A DNA stretch of 64,000 nt, taken from Octopus vulgaris (taxonomy: Eukaryota). The stretch spans positions 179,366,001 through 179,430,000 of the forward strand of contig OX597816.1 of assembly GCA_951406725.2 (NCBI GenBank). Direction: 5' to 3'. Positions 1-14,301 of the stretch are shown one piece after another (within the stretch, counting starts at the first letter, position 1; each line of letters opens with the position of its first letter). A model generated the notes under the pieces. That model worked only from the letters and a program-made list of their open reading frames with translations. It ran no database searches and was not told the origin of the DNA. The translations under genes and the position numbers were made by a program.

Positions 1-219
1 AGGTAAATATAAATATACACAGCTTTATATTAATCATCATTGCTTAGTGCATCTATAATTGGCTGAGAATTTAAAATTTAAATTTACTGTAAATCTACAT
101 GAAACATGAGACTCTGAGTAGTGCCTGTGTAAACTAGAAGAGAATGTATTAACTATGCATGCATGCATGTATTTATGTATTTATGTTTGTGTGTGTGTAT
201 GTATGTATGTATGTATGTA

Positions 220-261
<42 letters not shown>

Positions 262-2964
262 CAATATTAAAAAATAAGAATTGAAAGGGTTTTGAGTAAG
301 GACCATTTTCTGTTTAATCTAGAGTAGATCTATCAATATTTGAACAAGTATATTTACTACCATGCAGCAGATTTGATTGGCAGATAGTAGTTGAGCTGAA
401 AACTAGATCTAATCAATCTGCAATTAGCATTAATATAATCGGACAAATTACAAATGATAGAAAATTGCAATAATAATGAAAATCATTAGTCGACTTTACT
501 AAAGACAAAAGAATTCCTTCAACTTTAAGAAAAGACAGACTGTTTAGTTGCTTCAATTATTAACATTTTGCTTTTACTTCAAGTGATGAAAACATTGATT
601 AACTATCCTATTTGCAAATATTTTTGATTTCTTTTTAATAGAAATCTAGTGATGAATATCTTTTGTTTAATATCAAAAACTTATGGTACTTGGTATAGTG
701 AAACTATAATGAAAACCAAGATATTAGCTCACTCTTTCACAACATCTAGCACAAAAATCTCCTACTTTTTAGTTATGTTGTATAACTAAGTTGAACTTCC
801 ATGCACATATTTGAAAACTTGTAAGAGAAGGAGTGGTACCTATGACTGGTGAGATACTTGTGACTGATACCCAGCTTGAAAATCTGTCAGGTAAAGCCGG
901 CAGAGAAATTGCACAGGAAGTAAGAACAGATCAGCGTTGCAAACCTGACAAACTTGCTGCACTCTAAGACATCACTGACAGAAGTCTAGTTGTAAAACAC
1001 AGTCCAATTACAAGTCATTTTATAATTATCTGTTGATACCAGTAGAAACATTAGCTTTAGATTTTGGTGAAGATCTTATAAGCATATAATATCACGACGA
1101 TTAAGTTTCTTAGGTTGAGAATAGTTTCAAGTTTCATTTCTTTATACATCCAGTAATCCAATAGCTTTAAGTGTAGATTAAATTGTTCAAGAAGAATTTG
1201 AATATGTTTTGAAGATTAAAAGAATATGTCAGTCATATGGACAAGGATTCTTCAATTTTTATATTAAAATCATCACTATCATTTTATGTCCACTTTCCCA
1301 TGCTTGCATGGAATTCATTAATGCCTTTCCTGTTGCCAACCCTAACATTTTTCTGAGCAAGGTTATGTTTTCATATTGCTGGACAGGTTTCCATGGAAAA
1401 CTAGAAATGAAGAACACTGTATTATGGTGAAGCTCATTGTACAACTATCATACAATGTCAAGACAAGGAGACACACACATGCATATATCATCATCATCAT
1501 CATAGTTTAGCGTCCGCTTTCCATGCTAGCATGGGTTGGACTATGTGTTAATAAAATAAACATATTACATGTAAAACTTCTCTAGTGGAGAAAAGCAATT
1601 GTAATATAATCCAGAAATGTGTTTTATTCATTTGAGTAATGGATACAATAAATAGGTAGATCTTTGGAATAAAGGTTATACTGTATCTCAATTGGTGCTT
1701 CATTTTACAACACTCTTTCTCATCTCAAGTAAAAAATAAACCAATGCTTAGTATTTCTACAGCATCTATAATGTTATTCTTATTATCAGTACTGTATGGC
1801 CATGCATACAAGGGTTGGTCCTATCAGGTCAGAAATGAGTACTATTATGATTGATACAGAATTTATAATTATACTGTGCTGGTGACATGTCCGTGCCAGT
1901 GACACTTAAAGGCACCCATGCTGGTGACACTTAAAGGCACCCACTACACTCTGTGGAGTAGTTGGCATCAGGAAGGGCATCCAGCCATAGAAACCATGCC
2001 AAATTAGACGGGATACAGCTTTCTGGCTAACCAGCCCCAGTCAAACTGTCGAACCTATGCCAGCATGAAAAGCGGATGCTATATGATGATGACTGTAACA
2101 CTAAATTTCATAATTATAAGCATGGAAAAGAACAGAACTGCTCTGTTAGCAGGATTATTTGAGTGAAGGATATAGTGTAAGGGAGTGAAAATACAGTTTT
2201 AGTTTCCTTCTTGCACATTTATATATGAATAATTACAAGGTTTGGAACCCAAAATAGTTAAAACAATTGTGATTTGTAGAGTTGAAATAATATCACAATA
2301 TGTTCAAAAATGATTGAAAACTTGTACATATACCATGTAAATGTGTAAACAACATATTACACAATAAATAGTTTTTTTCCTTCAAATATAGAATGAGTAA
2401 ACATATAAAGAGATAACTCAGACTTAAGGTCACTTTGCGAATCTTTTTATGTGGTTCATCTTCATAGTTCAGACAATTTGCTAAGTTCAAAATCTCAAAT
2501 ACATATATACACAAGCAGGAACTGTTACAAGTCTAGCATACACAGGACTGATGAATTAAAACAATTCAATCATTATACTATAAACTTTTAATAAATTCTC
2601 TGTTTTGTAAGTATCCTCCCATATCAATATTCCCTCACCTCAAATATTACTCATGACCAACATTTAACACCCATGTTAAAGTCTTTTGTTCTTCCTACTC
2701 CAAAAGAAAGGGCATTTCCAAATACAAGAATTTCTAAAGTATCAAAGATATAATTATCTCTAGGGAAATCTAATCATTTGACTATTGAATTTCTTGTTGT
2801 CTTGGGCCAAACTTAGTCCATGAGGCTTAACCCACACAAACAATGATCAATCTTTTATAATACATATATGAGAAATGTGCAGAACATATAAAAAAAGTGA
2901 AATGCTTAAGTGTCCTTGCCCATTAAATTTTAATAAGAAACCTTCATATTTACAGAATTGTTCT

Positions 2965-3613
2965 TCAGCACCAGTCACTATTCAGTCCAAAAAAAAAGGT
3001 TCATTTGTGAGACATAACAACAAAGAAGAACACACATTCACTCACTACACATGATTAGACTTGGAAAGTTTGTGAAGAACCCATTGACCCATTTTGCTGA
3101 CTTTTCTGATGGCACACAGGTGTTGATGAATAGTTGAATGACCAAATCCAAACTTCTCTGCTAGTTCCTCAACAGTTATGATGGGATTTTGTTCTACCTG
3201 GGTTTGTAGGGTGTCCTCAATGAGCTCTACATATCTTTCAGGATGAGGCTTGTCTTCTAGGCTGTAGTTTCCGACTCAGAATTTCTGGAATCACTGCTGA
3301 CAGTGGCTTACGCTTATTGCCTAATCCCCATATACTGCATTAATATTCCTTGCACTTTCCATTGCTTTGTTGCCATTATTGAACTCATAAAGCAAAATAT
3401 GCCGAATATGCTCCTTTGTCACTTCCATTATAGCTTTGAAAAAATAACTGTTAAAATTGAACTGCACTCTTCAAAACTTGCACTAAGAATAAGTACAAAG
3501 TAAAATTACTACCTGTTTTTATAGCAAGTTGACGTAGGTAGTTTATCCTGTCCCTCTCCGACTTTTAGTTCATGCAATTGAAAAAAACGTATTATTTATG
3601 GGATGACCCAATA
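2965..3613 (-). mobile_element. Degenerate mariner (Tc1/mariner) transposon, 5' half
   Basis: Manual minus-strand translation gives ...CQQ*FQKF*VGNYSLEDKPHPER...NPIITVEELAEKFGFGHSTIHQHLCAIRKVSKMGQWVLHKLS...FLD*IVTG (HTH, WVPHEL-like and IVTGDE-like motifs). TA + TIR-like tattgggtcatcccataaataa at 3613. Confidence 0.85.
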
Positions 3614-4424
3614 TAAGAATGAAAATTCGTTTGATTTCACTTGAAAATAACTAGGGAAAGCTGAGACCCCTTGAAGACCGATAAGCCTTGCTACAAGTAA
3701 AACTGCCCCTGGAATATGGGATAAGGGAGATTAAAGCCAGGAGATTAAAGATTGCTCATTTGAGATTCTGCCCTGTATTCATTCAAATATACACCTTTTG
3801 GAGGTGTCTTTGCCCTAGCAACTGTTAATTTATCATAGTCACCTCATTCAATGTCATCACCAGTAGTTATACAAACGATAATAATAATAAGAAGAAGAGC
3901 AAGCATTGAAAAATACTGTGAGAGATTAAAATGATTCAAATTACATGGTCATCTATAATCCACTCTAATGATCTGAATTTATCCTTTTTAGCTTCATTTG
4001 AGAAGTCTATGTTGATGTTTTTTATTTGTAAAAACATTTAGTTGTTCTTTTCAGTTTATTAGGGATACACTTTAATAATTTTAGTTATATAACTAATGTT
4101 TACTTAGTGATGCATACATACATCAAGTGTGTGTGTGTGTGTGTGTGTGTACTTGATGATTTCTATTAAGATCATAAATAATACTAAAGAAAATATTAAA
4201 TATTTTGTCTAAAATGAAATGTTTTTCAATTGCTATATTTTCTCATGTACCACTCATAAAATGTAATTCTGTAGAAATAATTTGGCATCTTTCCACAATT
4301 TCCTGATACACCAACACATTCATTACAAATCATTCTGGTACGAAACATTTCTTTTACCCAAGTTAACGTGGCATGTTTGCCAACATTTTACTTCCTTCAT
4401 GGCTATAATCCAACTAGAGTATAA

Positions 4425-4557
4425 TTAATAACAGTTAAGTTCCGTCATTCTTTCCATCTGATTGCTGCTTAGCTGTAAGAATCTAAGCATGTAATACTTT
4501 CCGGTATGGACCCCACTAAGTGAACTATAGATAAAATGACAGTATGTTTTTCTCCAC
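4425..4557 (-). CDS. Candidate terminal coding exon of a hypothetical 4-exon gene
   Basis: Acceptor tttctgttatag|G, then WRKTYCHFIY...ELNCY*. Phase fits the candidate exon at 9864-10015. No recognised homology. Confidence 0.25.
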
Positions 4558-5159
4558 CTATAACAGAAATTTGAAAACATCATTTTGATTACTAATGTGA
4601 TATTTTTTGTAATGGGAGTAAAATATACTCCTACCTTCTGCATTTTTCTGCTAATATCAAAATGGAGTGGGTGTAAGTGAATAAATAAATGATTTATAGT
4701 TTTATTTAATTATTCAGTTTTTGTTAAACAAGATATGAAACCTCATACCAGAAAACTGGACCCATATAAACAATACCACTTGTGTAATCTTAAAATGTTA
4801 AAAATATATAATTGATATAGGATTTTAAGCTTGATTATAATCATATTCATAATTAAGCAAATTATGAAACTTTTAGTTCTTTAATGAGTAAATAATTAAG
4901 TAAAAATGCATATTGGTTAATTAAAAAGTTATTATAAGATTATATTAAAACCATAATAAAAAGTATCATGGAGTGGCATATTAAATGCTTTGTGATATTA
5001 AGTTACATTCTTTTAGTTTCTGATTTCAAACCCTGCGAATTTCAATTTTGCCATTTACCATTTTGGAATTCAATAAAATAAGTACCAATTAAGTATTGAT
5101 GTAGATTTAAATGACTATGTCCTCTCTTCTACAAATTTGTGATAAATTAAAAAAAATGA

Positions 5160-5382
5160 CAATACCAATTCTTTCCACTATAGGAACAAGGCCTGCAATT
5201 GTGGGGAAAAGAGCAGTTGATTACATTGAGCCCATTGCTCAACTGGTTCTTATTTTATTGACTGCAAAAGGATGAAAGGTAAAGTTGATCTCAGCAGAAT
5301 TTGAACTCAGAATGTAAAGTCAAAAGAAATGCCACTAAGCATTCTGTCCAACACACTAATGATTCTGCCAGCTCACTGCCTT
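5160..5382 (-). mobile_element. SINE family B (tRNA-like head, central GCCTTTCATCCTTT...GATAAAATAAGTACCA domain)
   Basis: Matches other copies in the window (19462, 56725, 9095, 11930). Lies tail-to-tail with a decayed + copy at about 4970-5140. Confidence 0.8.
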
Positions 5383-5389
5383 TGAATGG

Positions 5390-6590
5390 TTTCACTTTTG
5401 GCACTGATGCCAAAACAAACGAGAAAGGGAAATGAAGGCATCCATGATGAATTGTGCATTCTATGCTGTACAATTCTGAAAGCTTGCTGTTTAGTTTGAC
5501 AAATGAACAGATGCAGCTGTACACTGTAGCAATTCCACTTCTAGAGACAGAACAGAAACTGACTGCTCTTAGGACAGTCATCAAGTATCATGATTGACTC
5601 CGTCAGACTGATCCAAACTGATCAACCCCACCAAAACCATATTTATTCCTGACCACTCTATGATGCGTTGCTTGAGGTGAAGTTTGTTGTGGACAGATCT
5701 GTCAGAGATGACACAAATTTGCACTTCTCCAGTTACACTACCAAGGACAAGTGCCAGCCTATTGGCAAGCACCATTGCCAAACTCTTTAACTCTGTGTTG
5801 AGCAGAGTTATGGGCCTGAAATTTTCAATCACATCCCCTTGTTCACATCCTTTCTCAAAACATCACCACTTCTCAACTAATTCAATTGGAAATGCTCGCA
5901 GTCTGATACCAGCTGCTGTAGATAGTTGTCAAGACAGGAGCAAATAAGTCTGGCATGTAGAAATAAAGTTCACAGGGCAGGTCATCCAATCCCGGTGATC
6001 TATGCTTTGTACAGTATATCTGCAACTCATTCTGCTGAAAATTGTTTTCTCTTTTTTCTTTTTATTCAGCACTCTACTTCCCTGCTCCATAGTGGCAGAA
6101 AACCATCAAGGTGGGCATCACTATCCCTTCTCTCCAACTATCTCTGGTCCACTGTTCATTGAAAACAGTTTGGCAGGGTGCTACTGGAAAATCATACTCA
6201 TTTGAAATTGGAGAGCATGAGCCCATCACAGTCCATCATAGACTGAATTCTGGCTTTGTTACTATGCTGTGCTTCCACATGGCCCATCATTGTCCTTACT
6301 GTTGCTCATGTCCAGAACCATCAACTTACCATCTTGGTCTCCGAAAAATTATATTTACCTCTAGGTCCTTTGTGAAAGAGTATCACTATACTCAGCAATC
6401 AATCTAAATTGACTGGAGGAGACATAGGCTGAATAGTCTTTCAGAAGGAGATCAAGTGATTTCATCTTGGTTTCACTTATGACTACAATGTCATGGTACA
6501 ATAATCTGGGGTCATGAAGCAGGTATTCTTGCTTCCATACTAACTCCATGTCTTGCATTTTAATGCCACTCACTTTTAATAAAGCCATTT
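5390..6590 (-). mobile_element. Degenerate L1/Tx1-like LINE ORF2 (APE endonuclease and RT fragments)
   Basis: ORF pieces: DIVVISETK (APE), ENFRPITLLNTELKSLAMVLANRL (RT domain 1-2), HGCLHFPFSFVLA (decayed QGCPLSPLLF). Many stops and deletions. Confidence 0.85.
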
Positions 6591-8249
6591 AAGTAGAAGA
6601 AGGAAACAAAAAACAAAAGTGGTGTAGAAAGTCACTTACTCTGGTCTTGTGTTTTCGAATCTCTGTCTCATATTTAAAAAATTCTCTACATCATATAGAA
6701 GAAGTTTCCTGAAGGAGTGGCACACTTCCACTGTGGTTCTTACCTGAAGTCTTCTTCATGAGGTTTTGGATATCGTTACCTCATCAAGGCCATCACATGA
6801 TGCAAAATTTTTATCTATTGGAGTCCATCAACTCTTTGATGGTAATCTTTAGAGAACTGTGTAATTGAGAGGTTTGCAAATGAGTTGATTGTAGCTTTCT
6901 CAGTTTTTGTGGCTACTGTTGTTTCTGTTCTCAAGAATTCAACCATGACAACCCTATATTTTTTGTTAGCAAAGTTTACCTCGAACTACAGTGCCTTATG
7001 TATTCTTTATTTTCTAAGTCAACAGGGTATGGTTTGAGGGCAATTTGGCTGCCTTTTCTACTAGGTTATAAAAGAACTACAAATGAGCCCGCAATAACTC
7101 ACACTTAAAGATATTAATGACAAAGATAATCATGAACATTGATGACAATAGTATTTAGAGAGTTGGAAATTTGTAGCACCCAGAGATAAAGATATGTGAG
7201 TTTTTATTATGATACATATAGCTTTTTACAGTTATGCATATAGTTTGTACTAGAGGTCATAATACCTTCAGCATATAAGGACTGATTGGATAATGTAGTG
7301 TTGGGATCCCTGCATACAGGAAAACAAAGAGGATGGTCAGGTCTGGAATGATTTTCATTATTGGTCTGATTTGGGATTAAACAACAATGCTTCTGACTAT
7401 TATGCACCCTCCAGCACTGTTGAGCAGTATTGACACTTCCAAGAAGTGTCTGGGCTTTTTGAACCTGCCCGGAGGCACACTTTATTTCTCCATTATTTAA
7501 ACAGTCACTAAACATGCATACACACACATGTATATGTACAAGAGCAAGTCAAAAATAGAATCACATGTACTTCACAGGACACACCTTAGTACATGTAAAT
7601 GAAGTATTTATTACTAAGAGTGGTCAGTAAAAATTAAAGCTATGACAAAAGTCAATGTGAAAAAAAAGGAGGGGAGAATCCAGGAAATAATGATACAAAA
7701 AAAACAACAAAATGTGTGTGTGTGTGGTATGTATGAATGAATTATGCATGTATGAGTACGGTAAAATTGTGTTTTATGACTGGATATCTATATTTGACAG
7801 AGAAAACAAGGTTCTCTGTTATAACACTATCTAGGGAAGAACGATAGTAGTGAGATAGGCATGAGAAGTTAGTAGTGTTGGAATAGAGCCAGCAACTTTT
7901 GAGAAGCAGAGCCCATTGAAGCAATGTCAGAAGAAGCAGGGGTAGAATATTTTGAGAGTAAGCCAAAACCTGAAGGTTGTTGGTGAAGGGAGGTTGGATG
8001 TTTTTCTCAATGAAATATCTTTGTTCTGAATACTATCAGTTACTGTTGTTTAGCCCCAGGTCAGCCCTGATTAAGCTGACTTATAATCAAAAGCATTCCA
8101 GCCATGAACAACCTATCTTTTTCCCTAGGTGCAGAGATCTCAGGACTGCATTATCTAATCTGTCTTTTTCTTAGACATTAGGATGTGATTTGAAAGAGAT
8201 TTAGCTGCTATTTGCAGTAGGTCAGGCTCAAATGCTTTATTTTTAAAAT

Positions 8250-8630
8250 CTTTTACTTGTTTCAGTAATTTTATTGTGGCCATGATAGTGATTGCCTCAA
8301 AGGGTTTAGTTGAACAAATTAACCCCAATACTTATTTTTTTTAAGGTCTGGTCTCTATTGGTCTCTTTTGCTGAAATACTAAGTTATTAGGACATAAACA
8401 AAGCAACTCCATCTTTCATATGGTATGGAGACAACACAAAGACACACACCCAAATATATATGTGCATGGCAGGCTTCAGCACAGTTTCCATCTACCAAAT
8501 TCACTCACAAGGCATTGATCAACCTGGGACTATAGCATAAGACACTGGCCCAAGGTGCCATGCTGGGGACTGAACCTCAAACCATGTAAATGTGAGGCAA
8601 GTTTCGTAACCACACAGTTAATGCCTGTGC
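8250..8630 (-). mobile_element. SINE family A (tRNA-like head), decayed
   Basis: Homologous to the full copies at 30767 and 59460 (ttttacttgtttcagt...cacacag). Confidence 0.75.
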
Positions 8631-8832
8631 CAGCTTGAAAAAACATTAAAGTAAATGATCCAACTTTTATAAAATGAAGTGAATAAAATGTTTCTTTGTT
8701 GCTCAGAATGAACAAATTATTGATCTCATCATTTAAGAATTTGCCAAGCCATAATTTACTATATTTACAGGTGAAAGTATGGTAAACACAAGTTTATATA
8801 ATTTCTTCTTATGTATGTTGCACCATTGTGGT

Positions 8833-8940
8833 TGCTTCGGCCGTTCCAAGTGCAAATGGATGCTAATGTTTCTGCAGCATAATGCAGTTAAGTGTTCCTC
8901 CGATGATTTGCATCTAACTGCACTTGGAACATCCAATGCA
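8833..8940. repeat. Imperfect inverted repeat (about 30-bp stem)
   Basis: gttccaagtgcaaatggatgc (8843) pairs with gcatctaactgcacttggaac (to 8930). The stem extends with GU pairs on the minus strand. Confidence 0.75.
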
Positions 8941-9094
8941 GAGTTTCAAAGAATCACAATAGTTAAGTATATGTGGAGACAGGGCCATCTTAAGGCATGG
9001 GTACACTGGGCAAATGCCCAGGGGCCTTACATATCTGGGGGCCAGATTCTAATGTATGTATGTTGTTGCTTGCTGTCAATAAATAAATGCAACA

Positions 9095-9310
9095 TGGTGG
9101 TGAGCTGGCAGAATTGTTTGCTTGCCAGGCAAAATGCTTAGTAGCATTTTGTTCATCTTTATGTTCTGAGTTCAAATTCCATTGAGGTCAACTTTGCCTT
9201 TCATCCTTTTGGGGGTAGATAAAATAAGTTCCAGTTGAGCATTGGTGCTGATGTAATTGACTTACTTCCTCCCCTGAACTTGTTGGTCTTGTACCTAAAT
9301 TTGAGACCAA
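9095..9310 (+). mobile_element. SINE family B
   Basis: ggtggtgagctggcagaa...ttcaaattcc...gcctttcatccttt, with an (aaat)n tail. Confidence 0.85.
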
Positions 9311-9863
9311 TAAACAAATAAATAAATAAATAGAGCCCAGTGCATCCATTTATCAGGGGGTGGGATGGTTACAATGCTGCTAAGAGGGCCCAGCATAGGG
9401 AACAAATGATATAAACTTGTGTTTATCACAAGATCTCCTCCAACACCTGCTCTGTATATCATAACCAGTAATACTACTAAGTACAGTACTAGCCAAAGTA
9501 CTACACTGAAAGCAGATTGGATGATAATACTCTCTATGTGGAACTCTAAACTCAACAGTAGCAATCTAATTGTTCACAAGATTTACTATATAAATAAATA
9601 AAAGAAATAAGGCAGTGAGGTGGTAAAACTATTGGCAGGCTGGGCAAAATGCTTAACAGCATTTTTTCTGTCTTTACGTTCTGTAAAATACGTACCAGTT
9701 GAACTCTAGGGTTAATGTAATTGACTTAACCCCCTGCCTTGAACTTGCTGGCCTTGTGCCAAAATTTGAAAACAATAAATAAAGGAAATGTATGATTTAT
9801 AGACACAGTAAACTATATACAGTTAATAAGACAAACAATATAAACATCCACTTGTAATTTTAC

Positions 9864-10015
9864 TTTGGTTCAGAAGAATTGATAATCTTCAAAAAAGTTA
9901 TTAGAATTTGGCAGTTAAGATTTGAAACTTTGGAGTATGAATAGAAATATTCCCTCATATCTGAAGCCATCTTAAGAGCATCACACTCCCCAGCAAAGAA
10001 ATGCACAGGTATTAC
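9864..10015 (-). CDS. Candidate internal coding exon (hypothetical gene)
   Basis: 50 open codons (VIPVHFFAGECDALKMASDMREYF...SEP) + AA|gtaaaa. Weak acceptor gtatgtag. Confidence 0.25.
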
Positions 10016-10154
10016 CTACATACACAATCACTGCATGGATTAGCATCTGTCAAGTGTGTGCATACCCACACAGATTTTAGAAGTAACAGCTGTGGGAAGT
10101 TTCTCTTTGCCTTCTGCCTCTCCCTCTCTCTCTCTCTCACACAAACATGCTATT

Positions 10155-10444
10155 CTTTTACTTGTTTCAGTCATTGAACCATGGCTATGATGGGTGGGGC
10201 ATCATCTTGAAGGGTTTAGTTGAACAAACTGACTCCAGGACATAGTTTTAAGTCTGGTACTTATTCAGTTTTTTTCTCTTTTGTTGAACTTCTAAGTTAC
10301 AAGAACATAAACAGACAGGCGCAGGTGTGGCTGTGAGGTAAGAAGATTGCTGCCCATCCACATGGTTCCAGGTGAGTGGATTTCGTAGGCAGAAACTGAA
10401 AGAAGCTCATCATATATATATATATATATATATATAATGTGTGC

Positions 10445-10500
<56 letters not shown>

Positions 10501-10930
10501 ATGTATGTATGTATGTATGTGTGTATGTATGTATTTATATGCTGGTGTGTTTATGTCCCCATAACTTAGAGGTTTGGGAAAGGAAACAGTTGGAATAAGT
10601 ACAGGGCTTACAAAAATAAGTCCTGGGGTTGATTTCTTCAATTTAAAAATCTTTTAAGGTGGTGCTCCAGCATGGTAGCGGTCAAATGACTGAAACAAAT
10701 AAAAGAATAAACTAAACAACAATTGCTACTCGGTGGAAAGGTGGAGAGGCAAATAAAGAGTCACACACACATAAGGGGCTTCCACAGAGTTTACATCTAC
10801 CGAATTCATTCACAAGATATTTGTTGGCCCAGGGCTATATTAGAAGATATTTACCTCAGATGCTGTACAGAGTGGCAGAAGCCAAAACCATGAAATAGTG
10901 AAGCAAACTTCTTCCTCGCACAGTCATACC
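10155..10930. mobile_element. Nested SINE family A: a + copy (about 10318-10710) inside a - copy
   Basis: Minus copy 3' part at 10155-10315 and 5' part at 10770-10930, flanking a + copy with an internal (TA)/(TG)/(TATG) tract. Confidence 0.7.
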
Positions 10931-11241
10931 TTTCTCTATATACTACCATTCCATCATCATCATGTTTTATACATTTTCCATGTTTGTATGGGTTGGACAG
11001 GTCCACCATATGACTGTTTTGTCTTAATCTCTACTTATCTATTTTAGAAAACTGGAGTTCGTTCTTCCGTTGGTTGAAAAAGACTACCTTGCTCATATGT
11101 TCTATTTTTGGAATGGTTTCTATGGCTGGATGCCTTTTCTATTATGTCACTGGTTTAACTGTGTCACTGGTGCATTGCTGTCTTTTGTCACATAGGTGAC
11201 GGACTGGGGAAAGAGTGAGAGAAGAGAAACATACTGATAGG

Positions 11242-11294
<53 letters not shown>

Positions 11295-11929
11295 TGGATG
11301 AAAGGGAGAAGAGGAGTTAGAAGAAAGAGAGATGGGGATAGAAAGTGTCAGAATGAAAGGGGTTAATGCAGATGGTAATAAAGATGATAAAAGAGAGTGA
11401 TAGGAGGAGGGAACCAAGGTGGTGAAAGAGGAGGTATTGGAAGTAAAGAAAGAGAAAAAGAAGGAAAAAGAGAGAAAGCATGTGTGAGTGTGTGTGTGTG
11501 AGTGTGTGTGTTTGGTAGTGAGTAATAGATGAAAGTGTAATTGAAGATAGTAGTTGATAGTAACATGATAGTTGGTGGCAGAGAGACCTAATATGAACAT
11601 AGTTAATGAGGGATCCAATATAGGTACCAAACAGATCAAACTCCCGACCAATGCCATCATCATCATCATCAACATCATAACTTTTTACAACTGTTCTTTT
11701 GTTTCCTATTCATGGGTTTTTTTCCAACAATTTTACATTTTGTTACAATTTTTTGTCATCTTTCTTGTGAGGTTCAGCCTCTTGAAATATGAAATCTGTC
11801 TTTACTGTTTCTAAGAAGCTTTTCAAACACCAGAAAGAATCTCTTTTTATGTGTACAGAAAAAAATCCACCAATATTCAGCAAAAGTATTCTCTATTACC
11901 TGTATTGTCCACAGGCCAGAAAATATTCT

Positions 11930-12140
11930 TTTCTACTCTAGGCACAAGGCCCAAAATTTTGGGGCAGGGGTCCAGTCGATTAGATTGACCCCAGTATACA
12001 ACTGGTACTTAATTTATCGGCCCCGAAAGGACGAAAGGCAAAGTTGGCCTTGGCTGAATTTGAACTCAGAATGTAAAGACAGACAAAACACTGCTAAGCA
12101 TTTCACCTGGTCTGCTAATGCTTCTGTCAGCTCCCCCCGC
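11930..12140 (-). mobile_element. SINE family B
   Basis: Close match to the 19462 copy. Flanking direct repeat caggccagaaaatatt at about 11912 and 12143 (likely TSD). Confidence 0.85.
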
Positions 12141-13049
12141 CTCAGGCCAGAAAATATTATTCAAAATATTGTTCGACTGAAACAAAATATTTTATTAAAA
12201 CTCAGAATATATTAAAATGAATCAGTAAGACATCAATTACAGCATTTTTCATAAGTTGAAGGCAATTATATCGTTTTGGTTATTGCTAACGAGTCTTATA
12301 TTTATAAAAACAGTGTGACCTGTTATGATTTAGATATGCATCAATAATTTAATACCTAAATGAATTGTCTTTATATTTAAGCACACACACATGTACCTGC
12401 AGAGTTCCAAAAATATAAAAACACCTTTTTAGCTTTACTTTATATGTTATAAATTTATTTATGTTTAAAAAATAACAAATAGATGCCAAACAAACGGATT
12501 AAAACCTAAGCTTTATCAAGGGTGTATTAATTACACACCACTAATCCAGAATTCCACAAATTCTAAAATCAATATTTAAAACACATGTGGTTTACTGGGG
12601 ACTGCTTTTTAAGGGTAGAGAGTGATACTTTAAAGGCAGACAATTACTTGTAGGTTTATTTTTCTTATGTTGAAGAATCATTATTGAAGAGTGAAGAGCA
12701 TACTATATTTCCATATAATACTTTTAAATATTTATTTCTCATTTCCAAAATTTGCATATAAGTACAATTATGAATGGCCGTATTATTTCTTGCTACCCAC
12801 TACTTGTTCTCTTGCTTCTCAAAGGTTTTGCTCTGGCACTCCACCATCTCCCAAGATACTCTCGCCCACCCTTATATAAATGTCGGGTAGCCATATATCT
12901 TCTCTATAGCAAAACATTGCTTATCCTTGGCATAAAATCACCCTTCCACTCTCTCAACCCTAACCCCATACTTAATTGTAAGAAATTTTCCCTTTTTTTG
13001 TTCTTTCCTATCTTGCAAGTTACTTGGCAACCTCCTCGCCCACACCATC

Positions 13050-13260
13050 ACTAGTGCTGGTGGCACAAAAAAAAAAGTACCCAGTACACTCTGTAAAGTG
13101 GCTGGTATTAGGAAAAGCATCCAGGTGTAGAAACCTTACTAAAACTGACATGAATTACGATGCAGCCCTGTGGCTCACTTGATCCTCTCAAACTATCCAG
13201 ACCATGCTGCTAGCATGGAAAACAGAATTAAACGATGATGATGATGATGATGATGAATGA
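13050..13260 (+). mobile_element. RTE-related 3' tail fragment ending in (GAT)n
   Basis: aaaaagtacccagtacactctgtaaagtgg...catgc..tagcatggaaaac...gatgatgat, same tail as the RTE at 49797. Similar pieces at about 1880-2092, 16605-16730, 23480-23600 and 60720-60955. Confidence 0.75.
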
Positions 13261-14270
13261 GGGAGAAGAACATTATTGTTAAAATTCACAGTGGCTGAAA
13301 GAAGGCATTAACACTAAAGTAGAAAAGTAATAAATATATCCTGACTAGGATAATATATCATGCTATGGTGATGACACTGAACATCTGAATTTCCACTTGA
13401 CCTTTCTTTTTCTGTTGCTTTCGAGGATTCCCATGACTCTCTGTCACCATCCAGTTTCATTATTATGAATTTGAATTGGGAGCTTGATTGAGTCATAATG
13501 AATCTTTCATTAGCTGATTACACAACCATGGATGCCATTCCTAGGGATGCATTGCAGTTGCTCTCTTGATAGTGTTTGGTGATCTTGACTGTTGATCATC
13601 TCGGATTCCTCTGCTCAGAATCAATGTAAGAAACACAATTGGATCAGTTGAGCTCTTCTGCTATCTCTTCCCAATTCACTATGTTGCAGTCCCATGACTT
13701 TACCACATCCTGGGAAGGGTGGCTGAATAGGTGCTATGCCTTGCCAAAAGGCAGCCCATAACTATGCACAGGATAAATAACAATGTTGAGTGAGGGAGGA
13801 ATTTTGTATGTAATAGTTCAGTCTGTAAATGCACTCTTTTAAAGAGAATTATATATTTTCATCTCTAAATCTTATAACTGTGTGCTCACTATAAAATACC
13901 TATCATACAAGTAGTTTGATTTAAATTTATGAATAGGCTAGTTAGTTTATAATTGCATATCAAGAGTACTAAACCTATTGCATGCTTTTTGCATGCCACT
14001 GCCAGCCTCATTCCTTATAAGTCTGCTCAATTATAATATGATCCAGGTTACTCATTAATAGCTGCAAAAAAGATTATTAACTAGCAGACAGCCACCACTT
14101 TTTGTATTTAACTTAGCTGATCATTCCATTGACCTTGGGAGGATGAAAGACAAAGTGACCCTGGCAGATTTGAACATACAATGTAAAAGAATTTAAAAGT
14201 TATCACACAGCAGTCATGTTCAAAGTCATATTAATGTGTTGCATTGTGTGTATTTGTGTATGTGCATGTC

Positions 14271-14301
<31 letters not shown>

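Noticed and set aside
840-1180. Possible CRE/NeSL restriction-like endonuclease remnant (LIPVETL)
   Set aside because: Only one short motif amid many stops; too weak to call.
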